Position numbers and translations under genes: made by a program
Part shown: positions 35,001 through 41,000 of the stretch, piece by piece
Numbering within the stretch: position 1 is the first letter of the stretch
How the letters are laid out: each line of letters opens with the position of its first letter
Assembly: GCA_946965045.2 (NCBI GenBank)
Contig: OX337229.1
Location: forward strand, 6,271,244-6,335,243
Length of the DNA: 64,000 nt
Direction: 5' to 3'
Source of the DNA: Epithemia pelagica
Taxonomy: Eukaryota > Protista > Bacillariophyta
The notes under the pieces: generated by a model
Databases searched by the model: none
The model's input: only the letters and a program-made list of their open reading frames with translations
What the model was told of the DNA's origin: nothing

Positions 35001-38000
35001 CCAATGAAAAATCTGTGGCAACTTCTCCTATCGTTCCTGTACGGGATGACGATACCGCTGTTGCTACTTGTGTTGGTGATGGTGCTCTGTCGCAACGAGA
35101 TGCTGGTAGTCCATCAAAGCCAACGAAACCAGAAGAGGAAAAGCAAAACGACGAGGATTCAAAGCATCCAACTTGTTTGGCTCCCAAGGTGAAAACGAGG
35201 GACATGCCACCGTTTTTGGACAAGCTCAAGAAACGTACCGTGCCATCCAATGAAAAATCTGTGGCAACTTCTCCTATCGTTCCTGTACGGGATGACGATA
35301 CCGCTGTGGCTACTTGTGTTGGTGATGGTGCTCTGTCGCAACGAGATGCTGGTAGTCCATCAAAGCCAACGACACCAGAAGAGGAAAAGCAAAATGACGA
35401 GGATTCAAAGCATCCAACTAGTTTGGTTCCCAAGGTGAAAACGAGGGACATGCCACCGTTTTTGGACAAGCTCAAGAAACGTACCGTGCCATCCAATGAA
35501 AAATCTGTGGCAACTTCTCCTATCGTTCCTGTACGGGATGACGATACCGCTGTTGCTACTTGTGTTGGTGATGGTGCTCTGTCGCAACGAGATGCTGGTA
35601 GTCCATCAAAGCCAACGACACCAGAAGAGGAAAAGCAAAACGACGAGGATTCAAAACATCCAACTAGTTTGGTTCCCAAGGTGAAAACGAGGGACATGCC
35701 ACCGTTTTTGAACAAGCTCAAGAAACGTACTGGCAATGAAAAATCTGTGGCAACTTCTCCTATCGTTCCTGTACGGGATGACGATACCGATGTTGCTACT
35801 TGTGTTGGTGATGGTGCTCTGTCGCAACGAGATGCTGGTAGTCCATCAAAGCCAACGACACCAGAACAGGAAAAGCAAAACGACGAGGATTCAAAGCATC
35901 CAACTAGTTTGGTTCCCAAGGTGAAAACGAGGGACATGCCACCGTTTTTGGACAAGCTCAAGAAACGTACCGTGCCATCCAATGAAAAATCTGTGGCTAC
36001 TTCTCCTATCCTTCCTGTACGGGATGACGATACCGATGTTGCTACTCGTGTTGGTGATGGTGCTCTGTCGCAACGAGATGCTGGTAGTCCATCAAAGCCA
36101 ACGACACCAGAACAGGAAAAGCAAAATGACGAGGATTCAAAGCATCCAACTAGTTTGGTTCCCAAGGTGAAAACGAGGGACATGCCACCGTTTTTGGACA
36201 AGCTCAAGAAACGTACCGTGCCATCCAATGAAAAATCTGTGGCAACTTCTCCTATCGTTCCTGTACGGGATGACGATACCGATGTTGCTACTCGTGTTGG
36301 TGATGGTGCTCTGTCGCAACGAGATGCTGGTAGTCCATCAAAGCCAACGACACCAGAACAGGAAAAGCAAAATGACGAGGATTCAAAGCATCCAACTAGT
36401 TTGGTTCCCAAGGTGAAAACGAGGGACATGCCACCGTTTTTGGACAAGCTCAAGAAACGTACCGTGCCATCCAATGAAAAATCTGTGGCAACTTCTCCTA
36501 TCGTTCCTGTACGGGATGACGATACCGATGTTGCTATTTGTGTTGGTGATGGTGCTCTGTCGCAACGAGATGCTGGTAGTCCATCAAAGCCAACGACACC
36601 AGAAGAGGAAAAGCAAAACGACGAGGATTCAAAGCATCCAACTAGTTTGGTTCCCAAGGTGAAAACGAGGGACATGCCACCGTTTTTGAACAAGCTCAAG
36701 AAACGTACCGTGCCATCCAATGAAAAATCTGTGGCAACTTCTCCTATCGTTCCTGTACGGGATGACGATACCGATGTTGCTACTTGTGTTGGTTATGGTG
36801 CTCTGTCGCAACGAGATGCTGGTAGTCCATCAAAGCCAACGACACCAGAAGAGGAAAAGCAAAACGACGAGGATTCAAAGCATCCAACTAGTTTGGTTCC
36901 CAAGGTGAAAACGAGGGACATGCCACCGTTTTTGGACAAGCTCAAGAAACGTACCGTGCCATCCAATGAAAAATCTGTGGCAACTTCTCCTATCCTTCCT
37001 GTACGGGATGACGATACCGATGTTGCTACTCGTGTTGGTGATGGTGCTCTGTCGCAACGAGATGCTGGTAGTCCATCAAAGCCAACGACACCAGAACAGG
37101 AAAAGCAAAATGACGAGGATTCAAAGCGTCCAACTAGTTTGGTTCCCAAGGTGAAAACGAGGGACATGCCACCGTTTTTGGACAAGCTCAAGAAACGTAC
37201 CGTGCCATCCAATGAAAAATCTGTGGCAACTTCTCCTATCGTTCCTGTACGGGATGACGATACCGATGTTGCTATTTGTGTTGGTGATGGTGCTCTGTCG
37301 CAACGAGATGCTGGTAGTCCATCAAAGCCAACGACACCAGAAGAGGAAAAGCAAAACGACGAGGATTCAAAGCATCCAACTAGTTTGGTTCCCAAGGTGA
37401 AAACGAGGGACATGCCACCGTTTTTGGACAAGCTCAAGAAACGTACTGGCAATGAAAAATCTGTGGCAACTTCTCCTATCCTTCCTGTACGGGATAACGA
37501 TACCGATGTTGCTACTCGTGTTGGTGATGGTGCTCTGTCGCAACGAGATGCTGGTAGTCCATCAAAGCCAACGACACCAGAACAGGAAAAGCAAAATGAC
37601 GAGGATTCAAAGCATCCAACTAGTTTGGTTCCCAAGGTGAAAACGAGGGACATGCCACCGTTTTTGGACAAGCTCAAGAAACGTACCGTGCCATCCAATG
37701 AAAAATCTGTGGCTACTTCTCCTATCGTTCCTGTACGGGATGACGATACCGATGTTGCTACTCGTGTTGGTGATGGTGCTCTGTCGCAACGAGATGCTGG
37801 TAGTCCATCAAAGCCATCGACACCAGAAGAGGAAAAGCAAAACGACGAGGATTCAAAGCATCCAACTACTAGTTTGGTTCCCAAGGTGAAAACGAGGGAC
37901 ATGCCACCGTTTTTGGACAAGCTCAAGAAACGTACCGTGCCATCCAATGAAAAATCTGTGGCAACTTCTCCTATCCTTCCTGTACGGGATAACGATACCG

Positions 38001-41000
38001 ATGTTGCTACTCGTGTTGGTAATGGTGCTCTGTCGCAACGAGATGCTGGTAGTCCATCAAAGCCAACGACACCAGAACAGGAAAAGCAAAATGACGAGGA
38101 TTCAAAGCATCCAACTAGTTTGGTTCCCAAGGTGAAAACGACGGACATGCCACCGTTTTTGGACAAGCTCAAGAAACGTACCGTGCCATCCAATGAAAAA
38201 TCTGTGGCAACTTCTCCTATCGTTCCTGTACGGGATGACGATACCGATGTTGCTATTTGTGTTGGTGATGGTGCTCTGTCGCAACGAGATGCTGGTAGTC
38301 CATCAAAGCCAACGACACCAGAAGAGGAAAAGCAAAACGACGAGGATTCAAAGCGTCCAACTAGTTTGGTTCCCAAGGTGAAAACGAGGGACATGCCACC
38401 GTTCTTGGACAAGCTCAAGAAACGTACCGTGCCATCCAATGAAAAATGTGTGGCTACTTCTCCTATCGTTCCTGTATGGGATGACGATACCGATGTTGCT
38501 ACTCGTGTTAATGATGGTGCTCTGTCGCAACGAGATGCTGGTAGTCCATCAAAGCCAACGACACCAGAACAGGAAAAGCAAAACGACGAGGATTCAAAGC
38601 ATCCGACTAGTTTGGTTCCCAAGGTGAAAACGAGGGACATGCCACCGTTTTTGGACAAGCTCAAGAAACGTACCGTGCCATCCAATGAAAAATCTGTGGC
38701 TACTTCTCCTATCGTTCCTGTACGGGATGACGATACCGATGTTGCTACTCGTGTTGGTGATGGTGCTCTGTCGCAACGAGATGCTGGTAGTCCATCAAAG
38801 CCATCGACACCAGAAGAGGAAAAGCAAAACGACGAGGATTCAAAGCATCCAACTACTAGTTTGGTTCCCAAGGTGAAAACGAGGGACATGCCACCGTTTT
38901 TGGACAAGCTCAAGAAACGTACCGTGCCATCCAATGAAAAATCTGTGGCAACTTCTCCTATCGTTCCTGTACGGGATGACGATACCGCTGTTGCTACTTG
39001 TGTTGGTGATGGTGCTCTGTCGCAACGAGATGCTGGTAGTCCATCAAAGCCAACGACACCAGAACAGGAAAAGCAAAACGACGAGGATTCAAAGCATCCA
39101 ACTAGTTTGGTTCCCAAGGTGAAAACGAGGGACATGCCACCGTTTTTGGACAAGCTCAAGAAACGTACCGTGCCATCCAATGAAAAATCTGTGGCAACTT
39201 CTCCTATCGTTCCTGTACGGGATGACGATACCGCTGTTGCTACTTGTGTTGGTGATGGTGCTCTGTCGCAACGAGATGCTGGTAGTCCATCAAAGCCAAC
39301 GACACCAGAACAGGAAAAGCAAAACGACGAGGATTCAAAGCATCCAACTAGTTTGGTTCCCAAGGTGAAAACGAGGGACATGCCACCGTTTTTGGACAAG
39401 CTCAAGAAACGTACCGTGCCATCCAATGAAAAATCTGTGGCAACTTCTCCTATCGTTCCTGTACGGGATGACGATACCGATGTTGCTACTCGTGTTGGTG
39501 ATGGTGCTCTGTCGCAACGAGATGCTGGTAGTCCATCAAAGCCAACGACACCAGAACAGGAAAAGCAAAACGACGAGGATTCAAAGCATCCAACTAGTTT
39601 GGTTCCCAAGGTGAAAACGAGGGACATGCCACCGTTTTTGGACAAGCTCAAGAAACGTACTGGCAATGAAAAATCTGTGGCAACTTCTCCTATCGTTCCT
39701 GTACGGGATGACGATACCGATGTTGCTACTCGTGTTGGTGATGGTGCTCTGTCGCAACGAGATGCTGGTAGTCCATCAAAGCCAACGACACCAGAACAGG
39801 AAAAGCAAAATGACGAGAATTCAAAGCATCCAACTAGTTTGGTTCCCAAGGTGAAAACGAGGGACATGCCACCGTTTTTGGACAAGCTCAAGAAACGTAC
39901 CGTGCCATCCAATGAAAAATCTGTGGCAACTTCTCCTATCGTCCGTGCAGAGCATGGCGGTACTCCATGGAATGTGTCTGAAACTAAACCTGTGGACGGT
40001 TTCTGTGTTTTGTCCGATGAATTGAAGTCTGAATCAACCGTGATCGATGCAATTGATCGAAATCCAATTTTCGCTTGTTCCCAAAGAAACAGCTTACATG
40101 AAAGTTTTAGTGAGCATACGTTCGAGGTTCGAGAAGATGGCCAGTTGCTCTCATTCATTGATTTATCAATTTCAGATGGCGGCGATGAATCAAAACGAGA
40201 CAATAGAGTCGTGGATATGAGTTCCCGAAGGAACTCGATTACTTCTGTTGCTTCACTCGGTGATCCGACAAGGCTTGATGAGAGATTTGTTAGTGTTGTC
40301 GCTTTAGATGATCTTGAACCCGATAATGGCTCCAAGACCAGTGAAAATGAGTCTGCGACCTTTTTAAAACAGCCGCCTCAATCGGATGACGAGAATTCGT
40401 TCAGCGAGGAAGAGATTATGGAATGTGAAGAAGAAGCGGTGCTGCGAACAGCTGGAGTGGAAGTGTTACCCCTTTGTCATGGCCATGACTCTTTTGTTGA
40501 GGAAGAGATATCGGAGACTGAGGAAGAACGTTTAATTTCAGAATTCAATGGAAATGAGTCTTTTATCGAAGAAGAAATATGTGAACTTGACGATGGTTTC
40601 AAACCACCAGGGTTCAATGGGAATGAATCCTTTATTGAAGAAGAGATTTCTGAGACGGACGATGTTGTGTCGCCAAGAACGCACCTTCCGGTTAGTCCTG
40701 AAACCCCGTTGTCAGAGACTGCTACATCTCTTGACATGTGGGACCAAGTGAAAGAACTTGATCTTGATTGCTCGTCAGAGTCACTGGAAGACCAATCGGT
40801 ATCTATGGATTCTGTTGAAACAGAGACATCTGAGGAGGATATGTTTGAAGAAGTTATTGAAGAAGAGGTGTTGGATGATGAGGGCAGTTTCTTCAAGTCG
40901 CCATCAAAAGCTACAGAAAAGAAGCAACTGATGTTACTTTCGCCCATTTCTGAAGTAACCTCTGATGACAGCGTTGAAGCGACACCCAAAGGAATAATTC

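Noticed and set aside
31715-39942. Array as a CRISPR or non-coding satellite
   Set aside because: No unique spacers; units are contiguous, in-frame and inside a single ORF.
31600-40335. Very long antisense ORFs (1052, 629, 1180 aa) and dozens of 60-63 aa ORFs over the array
   Set aside because: Shadows of the tandem repeat: one stop-free unit repeated gives long frames automatically, and the antisense frame is broken by sense-strand variants (GGTTAT) while the sense frame never is.
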